This document shows, in pieces, positions 13,679 through 26,500 of a DNA stretch of 60,000 bases. Source of the DNA: Lytechinus pictus (lineage: Eukaryota); NCBI RefSeq assembly GCF_037042905.1, contig NC_087245.1:27902001-27962000 (forward strand), given 5' to 3'. Numbering within the stretch: position 1 is the stretch's first letter; each line of letters begins with the position of its first letter. Made by a program: the position numbers and the translations under genes. The notes under the pieces were generated by a model. That model was not told the origin of the DNA. It saw only the letters and a program-made list of their open reading frames with translations, and ran no database searches.

Positions 13679-14264
13679 TTAAATGACAAGTCCACCCCAA
13701 CAAAAATTTGATTTGAATAAAAAGAGAAAAATCCACCAAGCATAACACTGAAAATTTCATCAAAATCGGATGTAAAATAAGAAAGTTAAGACATTTTAAA
13801 GTTTTGCTTATTTTTCATATAACGGTTATTTGCACATCATGTTTGGTACGCAAATGAGGAAACTGATGATGTCATCCGCTCAATATTTCTTTTGTATTTC
13901 ATCATATGAAATATAAAATATTCTAATTTTATCCTCATTGTTAAGTATGTGGAATAAGCATTGTTTAATTACCATGGTTAAGTCTAGTTGGTCCTTATTG
14001 TCATATCTGTCGAAAATGAAATATTGTAGAACTCAAACTATAAAAAACAAAAGAAATATAGTGAGTGAGGGACATCATCGTCCGACGGTCTCATTTTCAT
14101 GTCACTGAGTTGTGCATATCACTGTTTTGTGAAAAATAAATGAAGTTTCAAAACGTCATAACTTTCTTATTTCACATCCGATTTTGATGAAATTTCAGCG
14201 TTATGCTGGTTTGATTTTTCTCTATTCAAATCAATATTATTTCTTGGGTGGACTTGACCTTTAA
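13679..14264. mobile_element. TTAA-flanked foldback MITE (Kolobok/piggyBac-like target)
   Basis: TTAAATGACAAGTCCACCCC...GGGTGGACTTGACCTTTAA with long inverted arms (CATCAAAATCGGATGT / ACATCCGATTTTGATG). Confidence 0.82.
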
Positions 14265-16946
14265 ATCTTAATTTCCGTAGAAGGTAGTAGGCCTATACTT
14301 TAAGCAGATGGTCACCTTTGCCTAATTTCGAAATAAAAAATAATCGACTTCATATCAAGAAGATCCGGCCTAAATTTATGTTAGAAATTGTGAACTTTGG
14401 ATCATTAATTCAATATGATCAGTCATAGTTATGAACTTTGAAGCCATTGATGAATTTGAGTCTAGAATATAACTTAAAGAGTTTATGAAGATTTAGGAAA
14501 AAGTAAACCCTGAAGCAAAAGCCGCAAACAAAATTAAACAATCAGTTCGGCTTTGGTATTCCGTTATATGGCACAATAATATTGACATAAAAAGTAGGCT
14601 ATATAATCGTCACCCAGATTTTGGTGAATAATAAATATCTGGGGAGTGTTTCATCAACATTTTCATCCGACAAGTTGTCAGATCTGTCATCTTTCTCTGA
14701 TGTTGATTGGCTGAGAGGTACTGTTACTATGGTAACTGTCGGATAAAATGGGACTTGTCGGATAAAACGTCCGACAAGTCCTTTCATGAAACGCCCCCCA
14801 CAGGGTTTCTCAATTCGCATGCAGGCCCGCGCGCCGGCCGCGGCCGGGCACTAACGCCACTTCCATTGACGAGTGGAGTCATGCGTGTCCGTGGGGTTCC
14901 GAAAAGCACCCTACAAGTATTTTCCATGTTCTGAAAATGCACCCCTTTAAAGCCCTATACTGGCGTGTGAAACCCTTCCCTTAACAAGTATTGGAAACAA
15001 AACGGTAGGCCTACCCTATAGTATTCCCTGAATATTGACCCCGGCCCCCCAAACAAGTACAACGATGTCACAGATGTGCACGGACGTCGGCTTTACCTTT
15101 ACTTTCATTGGGTTTAGGTACCCCACCACTGATCTCTCCACTCAGTGTACCCCACACCCCTTGCTCAAATTTTTTTGGCGTAGCTATAGGATTACGCCAC
15201 TGTACCTGTGCTAGCTCGATCGATCCATGCATGCCTTCAATATTTTCACAATTCCGCGTATTCTGACGGCCAGATGGACTCGCAGTGCTTCTATGTATGC
15301 AGGGAACTTGGGTAATTTTAAGGAAAAGTTTTGACACCACAAGGAATTTTTCAAGGAATTTTGAAAATTAAACTAAGGAATATTGCGAGGAAAAATGAAA
15401 AAAAGTCAACGAATTATATTCATGGATATATCAGAGAAGCATTCAAGGAAAATAAAATAAAATAAATATGAGAAAATTAATGTACAATTTCACCGAATAA
15501 AAGACTGGATGACAGACTAGCGAAACAGATGGCGTATTACACATCATGATTATGGCTTATGTTTTTGATAAAAGGAAGTGCTGGATAGAAAAAATTTCAG
15601 CTCGCGCTGCGCGCTCGACTGATTATTCTGCCCTTTAAATTTATATCCAGTAAAATGCCCTTTTTCAGGTCAGCGGAGTAACTATATCAACTCTCGGCAC
15701 TTGCTGGGATTGGTGGATTAGTAAAATTAAAGCATGGTATTATTATAAAGCATATTAACAATGCCCCGTTTTCAGGTCGGAATACTAAAAAGAAAATTCA
15801 GCTTTGCATGGGGTAGCCTATATGGGCATATGGATCCCCGGCCTATCAAGAAAAAAACAAGAAAATTAAAGAAAAGGAATGGAGAAGAGGGAAATATATA
15901 ATTTTCTAAATAATGTATTAAAATCTCTGATAATATACATATTTCCATAATAAAAAGGTCAGCATTTTTTGCTCACTCGCTTCGCTCGCTGCTTTTAAGA
16001 TTTTTGCCCCACTAGTACGACCAGTACGACTTCATTAATTGTCTGAGTCCCTCATTAAGTTTTGGCTTTATCGTCACTTTGACTCAAAACATCAATTCAA
16101 GGAATTTCAACCAAATCCAAGGAATTTTCGGAGTTCAAAAAAGGGATTTCAGTTTTTAGAGATGGAGAGTGAGAGATAGCTGGAGCTACCATCATCCCGA
16201 CACATCGATATGCGATACCCACTGTTGCCAGGGCAGCCAGACGACGACCTGATCATGAGTCTCAGATGATGATACCCGGACGGGCTTCGGACGCGGACGG
16301 ATCTATGATCAAACTGGTATACTGAGGTTATGGCTAATCTATGTGAAAACCTTTTGTTTTGACTTGGCCACTCTCTGCTCTGTGAAATTTTTGGAGCAGT
16401 AACGAAGAAACATCCTACTTGTTGTGAATTGTGTAGCGCAGGCTGGATTGGTCCACCCAAGCAAGGAGTTTGAGGCTCCTTGGCGGCTTGCATGCATGCG
16501 AGCTTGACCCATGCAGTCCCAGGCCAAGGTCAAGGAACCACCTTGGCCTGGATCCCGCTGGATACGGGGTAATCGCATCTTCTAACCCCAACACTGCCGG
16601 CTGATCAAAACTGCATCTTGCATGCACACCTGCCATTTACGTTTCAAACATATACCAGCCCAGAGATTTTGGCTGTATATTATTGGCCATGGATTCATAT
16701 AGTTTATTGACTGCACAATCTTCAACTTTCAAGAATGTTTTTTTAGTGAGTTTAATTATCTCTAATAGTAATAAAAGCGAAGTACACATGGTACTCTCAA
16801 GCTGGATTGAACACAAGTTTTGAAAGGCTGATCGTGCAAAAACAGTATGGCCCCTTAAAGAGTAAAATGGTATTGTGTTCAACCGTCCCTGAAGGAGTAT
16901 GTGTGCGTGAGGAGTTATTACAGACAATCTGGTATTAGAGTCTATA

Positions 16947-17218
16947 TCCCGGGAGGGCCAGCCAAATGTATTGACTATTGTACACATGCATGACCAAATT
17001 ATTTCCAAACATCCCCTAAACAATTTTTTCTCTGTGTGACCCCGTGATTGACCAGTTTTTCATTCAAAACCATCCTTTTTCTTAAAAATCAGTGTTTTTT
17101 ACACCCTTACGAGTGCATGCGCGGCCCGCGTCCAAAACTGAAAAAACAACCCTTTAAATGCTTTTTTGGGTCATGCATGTGCACAGCAATATATTTGACT
17201 GCCCCCCCCCCCCCCCGG
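16947..17218. mobile_element. MITE with CCCGGG/G-rich and C-rich termini
   Basis: TGTACACATGCATGACC / GGTCATGCATGTGCACA inverted subterminal repeats. Confidence 0.65.
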
Positions 17219-17412
17219 ATATGACCGATTTTGAACATCACCGTCTGAACTATTGCCTTTTGTTAGCTTATCTAATTTGAAGGTAGGGGAGAAAGCTAAT
17301 TATTACGATTGTTGAATTTAATTGTACGAATGCAAAGCGTGCAAAGGGTTAATGATTCATGTAAAATTGCCAAATGGATGCCTCATATTTTGTTGTTTCT
17401 TGTCATCATTAG

Positions 17413-17582
17413 GAAGCCATGGAGGCAGAGGAGGGAGGTCAGGTTCCTCCTTCCTTCAGCAAACTGATGCTAGTTGCTATGACGATGCCAAATCACCAAG
17501 TCAGATGGGAAGTCCTGGAGGTGGCTCAGAGGGTGGGGCTGGAGGAGGGGTCATCAATATTGTAGTAGAAGGAAATGCAGTG
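17413..17582 (+). CDS. Exon A1 (first identified; GSHGGRGG...GGGVINIVVEGNAV)
   Basis: cattag|GA acceptor, GTG|gtgagt donor; phase 1 to 0. Confidence 0.88.
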
Positions 17583-20500
17583 GTGAGTATATTAGACAAA
17601 CCACTTACAATTGTTACATTCAATATATATCTGCATTCATTATGATTATGATGACTTTATGAGATATTGTATTATGGAAGAACATCTTTAAGATGATTCA
17701 AATCAACAATATCAAAAAGAGACAGTACGTGTACTTAACATTTTTTATTACAAAAAATTATAGTTTTGTTTGTGTTTTGAAAGTTCAAAGTACTATTAAA
17801 CCTCAACTTGAATGTTTGATTTCCTGCAAATGAAATTGTATGTACATCCCGGGTAGGGGGCACTTCCATTGACGAGTGGATATCATGGGGTTTCTAAAAG
17901 CACCCTAACCAAGTATCTCCCATGTTATGAAAATGCACCCCTTAAGTATTGGCGTGTAAAACCCTACCCTTAACAGGTATTGGAAACAAATTGGTACCTT
18001 TGACAAGTGTTCCCTTAATTTGACTCCTTAAAGTAAGTACAGCGATACTTTAACAGCCCCATGCAGCATTCCTTTTCATACCCCCGTTCTAGACAGGACG
18101 TATTATGGTATCCCGCTCGATGTCCGCCCAAAAGATCTGTTAACTTTTCCTTGTGAACGCGATAACTTCAGTTTGACTTAACCCAGGCTCATATAATTTT
18201 GAGGTCAAAAGGTCAAAGGTCAAGGTCCTAGGTTCAGTTAAACTGAAGTTATCGCATTTACAAGGACTGCAGAAAGGTAAGATTAAAACATGTCACTGAT
18301 GGATCCCAGGAAGCCTAATGATTTTGAGGTCAAAAGGTCAAGGTCACAGTGACATGTTTTCATCTTACCCTTCTGCAGTCCTTGTAAACGCGATAACTTC
18401 AACAGTTTAACTGAACCTAGGCTCATATAATTTGGTGTGTATGATACTAGCATGAATCCCAGGAAGCCTATTGATTTTGAGGTCAAAAGGTCAAGCTCAC
18501 AGTGACATGTTTTCATCTTACCCTTCTGCAGTCCTTGTAAACGCGATAACTTGAACAGTTTAACTGAACCTAGGCTCATATAATTTGATAAGTGTATGAT
18601 AGTGATAATACTAGCATGGATCCCAGGAAGACTGTTGATTTTGAGGCCAAAAGGTCAAGGTCACAGTGACAGGTTTTCATCTTACCCTTCTGCAGTCCTT
18701 GTAAACGCGATATTTATACTTCAGTTCAATTTAACCTACGCTCATATAATTTTGTGTGTGTGATACTAGCATGGATCCCAGGAAGCCTTTTGATTTTGAG
18801 GTAAAAAAGTCAAAGGTCAAGGTCACAGTGACATGTTTTCATCTAGCCTTCTGCAGTGCAGTCCTTGTAAATGCGATAACTTCAGTTTATCTTATTATAG
18901 GCTCATATTTTTTGGTGCGTATGATACTAGCATAGATCCAAGGAATTCTTTTGATTTTGAGGTCAGAAGGTCAAAGTTGAAGTCACCAACTTCCACTTTC
19001 CGCATTACAGGTGGGCGTAATTATGTACTCGCCTTAGCTTTGCGACACTCTTGTTCTAGTATGTGTGCACATTTGAGCTACAATTACATCAGAGAAGCAA
19101 AGAAACTAGTTAAAAACTGATGAGTATGTTTGCAATTAACTTTGTATTTGATTTGATTCCATGAAGATGGGATGAAATATCAAGTTAGGCCTTATCACTT
19201 CCAGAGATTTCATGACTAACTTTCATGAATACTTGCAGGTAAAAAATCAAATCATGTACGTTGTGTCGCAAGCCGGTACGGCCGGACGTATGTCGGCTTT
19301 ACCTTTGCTTACATTGGGTTTCGTACCGCCCACCTCCCACACCTAGGTCAAATTGGACCCTAAACACGTAGTGTTGGCGCAAAAAGTACATCCTTAATCC
19401 TTTATAAAGCATTCTAGTTTTCTATACCCTTACAAATTTGACCATAAATGCATAGCTTTCGTAGCAATATATACATTTTTTTCAGTATTTTAGTGTTTTT
19501 GACACCTTTATTTTGTTACGTACGTAACATGCCCAATCTTGAAAATGAGACCCTTTCTACGTGTTTCTTTGGACACATGATATCTACTTGTCGATGGCTG
19601 GAGGAGGCCCCCCCCCCTGGGATCTTCATAAAATATATATGAGATTAGGATGAGAACAGTGTTTCTAAATGTAGATGCATTTGATATAACACATTGATAC
19701 AATGATACCGGTATGCAGAATCTGTGGAAATACAAAATATTGAATAAAATTAATGAAATAGAGTTTGCCAATTGCAAAGAAATCTTTGTTTATCATGCCT
19801 AATTTGGAGGTTGTCAGAGGCATTATGTTCTGGGGTGGTCCTTACGTCCGTCAGTCCCTCCATCGTGTTTTACGTTCTCGTGATAATTCAAAGACTGAGA
19901 TTTTGAGGTTATGAGGTCAAATGTCATTGATGTCATATACATATACATTTTTCTTAAAATGTGAGGTCATGCAATATCTCTTTTACAAGAACTGAAGTAT
20001 GCTGCCTATTAGAGGGATCAACTTCAAACTTTGCCAACATATGCACATTGGAGAGATGGTGATGGGGGATCAAAGTTCAATTCACAGCTGTCATATAACA
20101 CCCCCCTGAATACATTGTTCTCATTTAAGTATAATCGTATGAGGGTTCAATTCAAAATTGGCCCATTTATGGGAGTGATGATAATCTCATTAGATTATGC
20201 AATCATTAGGTCAAAGTTCAGAGGTCACAGAATCCTCTGTTGAACTGTAGAATTGTTTGAGGGATCAACTTCAAACTTGGCTCATGAATGTGTATGGGAG
20301 TAACAATGATTTGATAAGATTTTTATATCATAAGAAATTAAAGACAAGTTATATAATTCATATCTGAAATATATCTCTCTGGAAGAACAGATAAGGGATC
20401 AGTTTCAAACTTGTCTCAGGGTCTGATTAGTTATTTTGGTCACATGGCCAAAGGTCGGTGGTCATTATTAAACATTATCAAAGTATAGCCATGTAATGTA

Positions 20501-23500
20501 TTCCTAGTCTTGCAGAGGCTTGACATTTTACTCTGTTGCCAACCCAAGTTGTTTTTAACCTTGACTTATTGATGTCAATTATTGATACTGGATCATGCAT
20601 TTAAATTCCAATGTTGTTCAATCAAAATGAAATAAAAAATTTCTTTTTCACTTTGTTTTCTACGATATTAATTTATATTTCCCTCCAGATAAATGGACTG
20701 GTTTCTGCAAATGGTGACCCAGCTTCAGGAAACAGTGGTGGTGGTGGCGGCAGTGGTGGCAGTATTTATATCAATACAACCTCCCTGGTAGGAAGTGGGC
20801 GCATAGAGGCAAACGGTGGGCGTGCTGTGGGGTTGACAGGAGGTGGTGGAGGAGGGGGGCGTGTTTCCATCAACGGAGATACCAGTGGATACCATGGGGA
20901 GATATTTGCCCTTGGGGGCCAACCAGGTATGTAAACAGGGTCTACTCTTGCTCTTTGTTGTTAAAATTTTGGCCCTGTTGCAATTTCTTCTAAAACCTTC
21001 AAATAGTTTTCTTGAAATGTGGTTGATAGCCATCTGGATCGTTGTATCATCGATATGATATTAAAATGTACGATATAGCCCTTAGATACTGTTTCAGAAA
21101 AGCCATATATGAGAAATGTATTACTTAATTGAAAAGTACATGATCGGAATACCCAAGATCTCTTCTTAAATCTTTGTCTACACAAGTCTCAAAGTAAGGA
21201 ACTGGAGGAGATATCTTAAAGAGAGCTAGCTACGTGGCTTGTAATTTTAGTTTTAATTTGTTTGGGATAGACTAGATTTTTTCTTTACAATATAACGCCA
21301 ATTGATTGGAATATAATACAGCTGATTGCACTTCAAAAAGTAACCCACAGCCAATCAACCTGTTGTATCGCTCTGTTATGTGCAGATAGCTATGATGTTT
21401 TGCTGTAAGTGACTTTACATATTAAATGCTTGCAGTACGTTGTATCACATTAGATTTTGGTGTCCTTGCCTTGAAAATGTTTCCCTATCTCAGAAAAGAA
21501 AATAGGATTTCCACTTTCATTTTTCAGCAGAAATCGAAAATTTGATCTGTTTGCCCAAAACCGATTAATACAATTGTTTGGATCGCCAAAGATACGTGGT
21601 AAACATTGTTGGACCCTTTTGATGTGAATAAGAAGCAATTTCTATGAAGCGTGCAGTCTTTTGGTTATGTACAACTTAAGGAGAAAACTTCCAGGTCTTG
21701 GCTGCTCAGCATTGCTTGCTTAAATATGCGGTTTTCAACTTTACATGCATGTGTTTAAACTTATATTTTTGTGTTTATTGTATTATAGATATTGATACAA
21801 GCCTTCTGAAAAAATATTTGTAGTTACGGTATGTGTTAGTTGTGTGTTAATGCAGGACTTTAATTTTTTAATGAAGCCTTAATGGTGGTTATCAGTGAAC
21901 TATTTTTGTATTAAGTTCAGCTGAATGGAATTCTTGGAAAAGCTCTTGAAATCCTTGTAATCATTTTCTTTCAGAGCAAAATACCAATGGCATCATGGAA
22001 TCAAAACGAATCACATCACTTGACCCTGCCCGGCGCACTGTCAATATCGCAAAGCAGTTCTACTTGACAGCAATTAGAACAAGTGGGACTGAGACAGAGT
22101 ATGTTGGGCAATATTCCATTGCAATAAGTCTTGATGGGGAATCGCCATCTCCTTACAAGGTACAATGTTGATGTTGTCATTTATGATGGTCCATTTCTTT
22201 GTATACTTGAAACTAAGAACATATCTTTTCTCATGACGAAAACCTCCATTTGAGAATACTATACCCCTGTTTCCCCTATACCCCTGTTTCCCTCTTCATC
22301 AATTCTCTTCTCCAAGTACGACAAACCCTAACTGCCCCCAAGCAAGCAATTTAAATATCAAAACACCTGTTTCTTGACCTCGGTCCGAAGATAACACAAC
22401 AGCCCGGCATATACAGTCACAGCAGGGGGCCACACACGATGGGATGCATGCGCAGCGCTGAGCGCGGTCCCTGCAAAGCATGCCGTCATTTGTATTCGCT
22501 TACTTTCCTTATTTCGAGGTCGATTTTGTTTGTTCGAAATTGAAAATGGACTAACATTGGATTTCTGAATACAATATGCCTTTGAAAACGTGATTAAATA
22601 TCGAATACAATAATTTCATTCCGAAGGTCCTACTACAGGCAGAGAAGTCTTACGTTATAGCACAGCTGTTGTTTATCATTTCGTCCTTGGCTCAACGCTC
22701 ATATACTGGCCTGTGAAGGTGAAATTGAGACAGCGGGGATTACCTGGCGAAGCAGGGTTGATCAGGGCTTGGAAATGATTTTTGGGATTTCCAAACGTAA
22801 AATGGGGTATAAAACCGCAGTTTGCAATCTGAACTGCGGTCTTTCTCCAAACGGGGGTTTGACGTAATGCTAATCAATATGGCCAAATTGATTCTCAGGA
22901 GAATTGTAGTTCAATCTTGAATTTTATTTGTTCTTCCTAATTAGAGTAACAAGTGCAACAGTACATTAATGAATAAGAATGGATTCAATAATTTGATGAC
23001 AATCTCCTCGAGCTATACTAGAATAAATGGTAGATGAGAAAATAAAGTCAGTGATAATTGGAGCATTTGGTCATTGCCGAATCATTAATACCTAACATAT
23101 GCACTTGAATTAAGTGATGTTCGATGATGTGAGCATTGGACTGGATGGTATTAGACCATTCAGCAATTTACCAGTAAACTGATAAGATAGAGGTAATGTT
23201 TATCTTTTCAGCGGCTGAAGTCTAATAGTAGTGCACATATTTTTGAAGGGAACTCTCCAAGCATCAGTGATACAATAAACTATCTAGACATCCCTGTTCT
23301 GGCCAAAGCAGTGACCTTTGACCTATTTGCCAGGACTAACCCATTCATCATAGATGTACAACTTATTGGGTACTACCCATACCCTGGTAAGTCAGTGTGA
23401 TTATTTTATGATTAAATTACTTCTGATAAATTGATTTGTATTCAAGCCTTGAAATAAGCAGCTGCAGACCAGGGGCAATTTTTCAAAAAAAATTGCCCCC

Positions 23501-26500
23501 GGCTCACAGGCTTTTTACAGGAACCGGGGGCAATTTTCTGGAACCAGGGGCAATTAAAAAAAAAAAGAATATAACGGTGAACCACACTCCAAATTTGTTT
23601 ATAGTAAGCGCAGCTCCTGCAATTTTTTAATCAGTACATGAATAGCATGCTAAGTAATAGGCTTATTCAAACATTAAGAACAATGGCAAAAAGAAGCTGC
23701 TGAAAACATCCACATCCCCTTTACAACCACACACACATGGGCTTATTTATTTTTCATCTTTAATGAACCACGAACAATTGACCCCCCCCCAAAAAAAAAA
23801 AATCTGAATAAATGAATAAAATAAACATATAAAAAAAGAGAGAGAGAGATGGAGAAAGAGAAAATTCAGATCAAATAATAATAAATTAAGAAGAAAAAAA
23901 ATTAAGTTTTTTTTTCATGGTTAGTATCACGGGTGTGGGTGAGTGTTTGTGTGTGATTGTGACTGTGAGGTGCACTTGGATTGCATATAGATAATGTTAA
24001 AGAAATGAAGAAATGAAATAAATATCTAACTCGGTCTATTCAAATTCCAGCACATAGCCGCAGGCTATGTACATGTATTGTAGGTTCACGTACCTTAAGT
24101 TTTTCACAGAAAATGCCTTTCATTCTGGGAGAGTCTAAATTTGGTGAAAATGTATTCATTAATAACATAAATATTCATCGCAATGAAGAAATCTTTTGAC
24201 AGTTTTCAAAAATTAACATGAAATCTAAACTCTATCTGAAACAGAAAATCAACATTAAGAAATCAGATTTAAATGTTTAAGTGTGTTTTGACACCCTCAC
24301 TCCACATCCCCTTTACAACCACACACACATGGGCTTATTTATTTTTCATCTTTAATGAACCACGAACAATTGACCCCCCCCCCCCAAAAAAAAAACAAAA
24401 AAATCTAAATAAATGAATAAAATAAACATATAAAAAAAGAGAGAGATAGATGGAGAAAGAGAAAATTCAGATCAAATAATAATAAATGTAGAAGAAAAAA
24501 AATTAAGTTTTTTTTTCATGGTTAGTATCATGGGTGTGGGTGAGTGTTTGTGTGTGATTGTGACTGTGAGGTGCACTTGGATTGCATATAGATAATGTTA
24601 AAGAAATGAAGAAATGAAATCAATATCTAACTCGGTCTATTCAAATTCCAGCACATAGCCGCAGGCTATGTACATGTATTGTAGGTTCACGTACCTTAAG
24701 TTTTTCACAGAAAATGCCTTTCATTCTGGGAGAGTCTAAATTTGGTGAAAATGTATTCATTAATAACATAAATATTCATCGCAATGAAGAAATCTTTTGA
24801 CAGTTTTCAAAAATTAACATGAAATCTAAACTCTATCTGAAACAGAAAATCACCATCACTTAGGCCATTACTGATAGAATTCTCACCCAGAGCTCTGGCA
24901 GAGAACATGAGCTCAAACTGGCAAGCTAACAGCATACAAGTACTACACTCAGTGCACGGCGTCCTATTTTTTTTTTTAGATCTCGATGGAGCCTTGTTTG
25001 ATGATTTATTGTCTGATATTTACCCCTCTCCAAGAAAGAAATTAAAAAGCTATAATTCACAACTATAAGCTCATTGATTTGGATTATTAAGGCTCCGTTT
25101 TTACAAGCAAAGTCGGCGACTGTGAGGATAAAAGACTCGCACATCGTATGTGCTGTGAACAGGGATTTATCTCCTGTGCAATTCGAATTACTATATCACA
25201 GAATTGTGATATCCCAACTGGAAATGTGTGCATTAGAAATTGCACATGGTGAAGTATGGAAAAAACCGCTACCGGAAGCACGCGCGTACATGTATTACAG
25301 AAAAAAAAGATGGACGTAGCTCACTTTTTATGGTACTGAAAAAAAGACGCACTTGGCAATTTGAAATTGTGCTTATCGTAAGTTGAAAGTTACTTGATTT
25401 TGGCTGTTCAGATATTTAAATTACATGTATGATATGGCTTCACTGCTCACTCACGGCGGGCGCAATTACCTGGAAAATATTTGCGCCCGGTCGTCAAAAT
25501 TTTGATGATTTTGGGGCTTTATGGGCGCAATTGATGGCTTTATGAGCGCGAATTTGCGCTCAGCGCCCGCTTATTTCAAGGCTTGTTTGTATTGAGTTGA
25601 ATTGATGAAATCATGAATGCATCTCAATATATCTATAAAGGCAGTCAATAACAAGATTTAATGTTTTATTGGTTTAACGCAAATGTCATAAAAAGAGGCA
25701 ATGATAAAATGTTGTGACTATTTTAGAAATGTGCTGATATGACAAATTCTTCTTTACTCAGTTGTCCATTATGAATATGTTTGAATGATCAATATTAGTA
25801 TAATGGTTACATATACATAAAATACATTCTGATCTTAATTACTTGCTTTGTTTTTCTTTTAAATCAAAACTCTGATATCAAAACTTGTATCTCGATCAGT
25901 TGAATCATTTAAAAGTTTGTGCGAAAAGTTTGTTTTCTTCTTAACTCTCTGAACACTCTGCAGAATGGATTTATCACTTACAAGTTACTTGTAAATATTG
26001 TTTTCATTATTAAACTATGTTCTCTCCATTTATGAGAATAGAAATGAAGTATATTATGTCATGCAATATGAATTTGTATATTGTAACTTTATTTTGTCCC
26101 TTGTCTTGATATTTCTTAGAAACAGAAACTGACATTGATTGTGGTCAACATTCTCAAGGTGAGTCAAGCCAAGTATCAATCATCTTTTGTATGTGTATAT
26201 ATATATATAATATTATATGCGCAGGGGGATGTTGCTCATATACTTTTCAATGCTTTAGTCTTCCAGGGCCCACTTGGGGATAAGATTACAGCTAAAGTTG
26301 CTACTCAAGGTAAATGAGTGCAGCTATTATAATGTATATAATTGAAGTATGAAGTGCAATCTGATCAGACAACATAGTGATTGTCTGTGAATTTTTATTC
26401 CTCTGCCGATAGGATGTTATGGGGTTTCTGTCTTACGGTCCATCCCATTTTCATTCCTGTGACAACTGAAAAACTGTTTGATGGATAGATTCAAACTACG

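Noticed and set aside
16149..17023. Cluster of minus-strand ORFs in relatively GC-rich sequence
   Set aside because: No recognisable motif or consistent splice structure; could not support it as a gene or as the missing 5' exon
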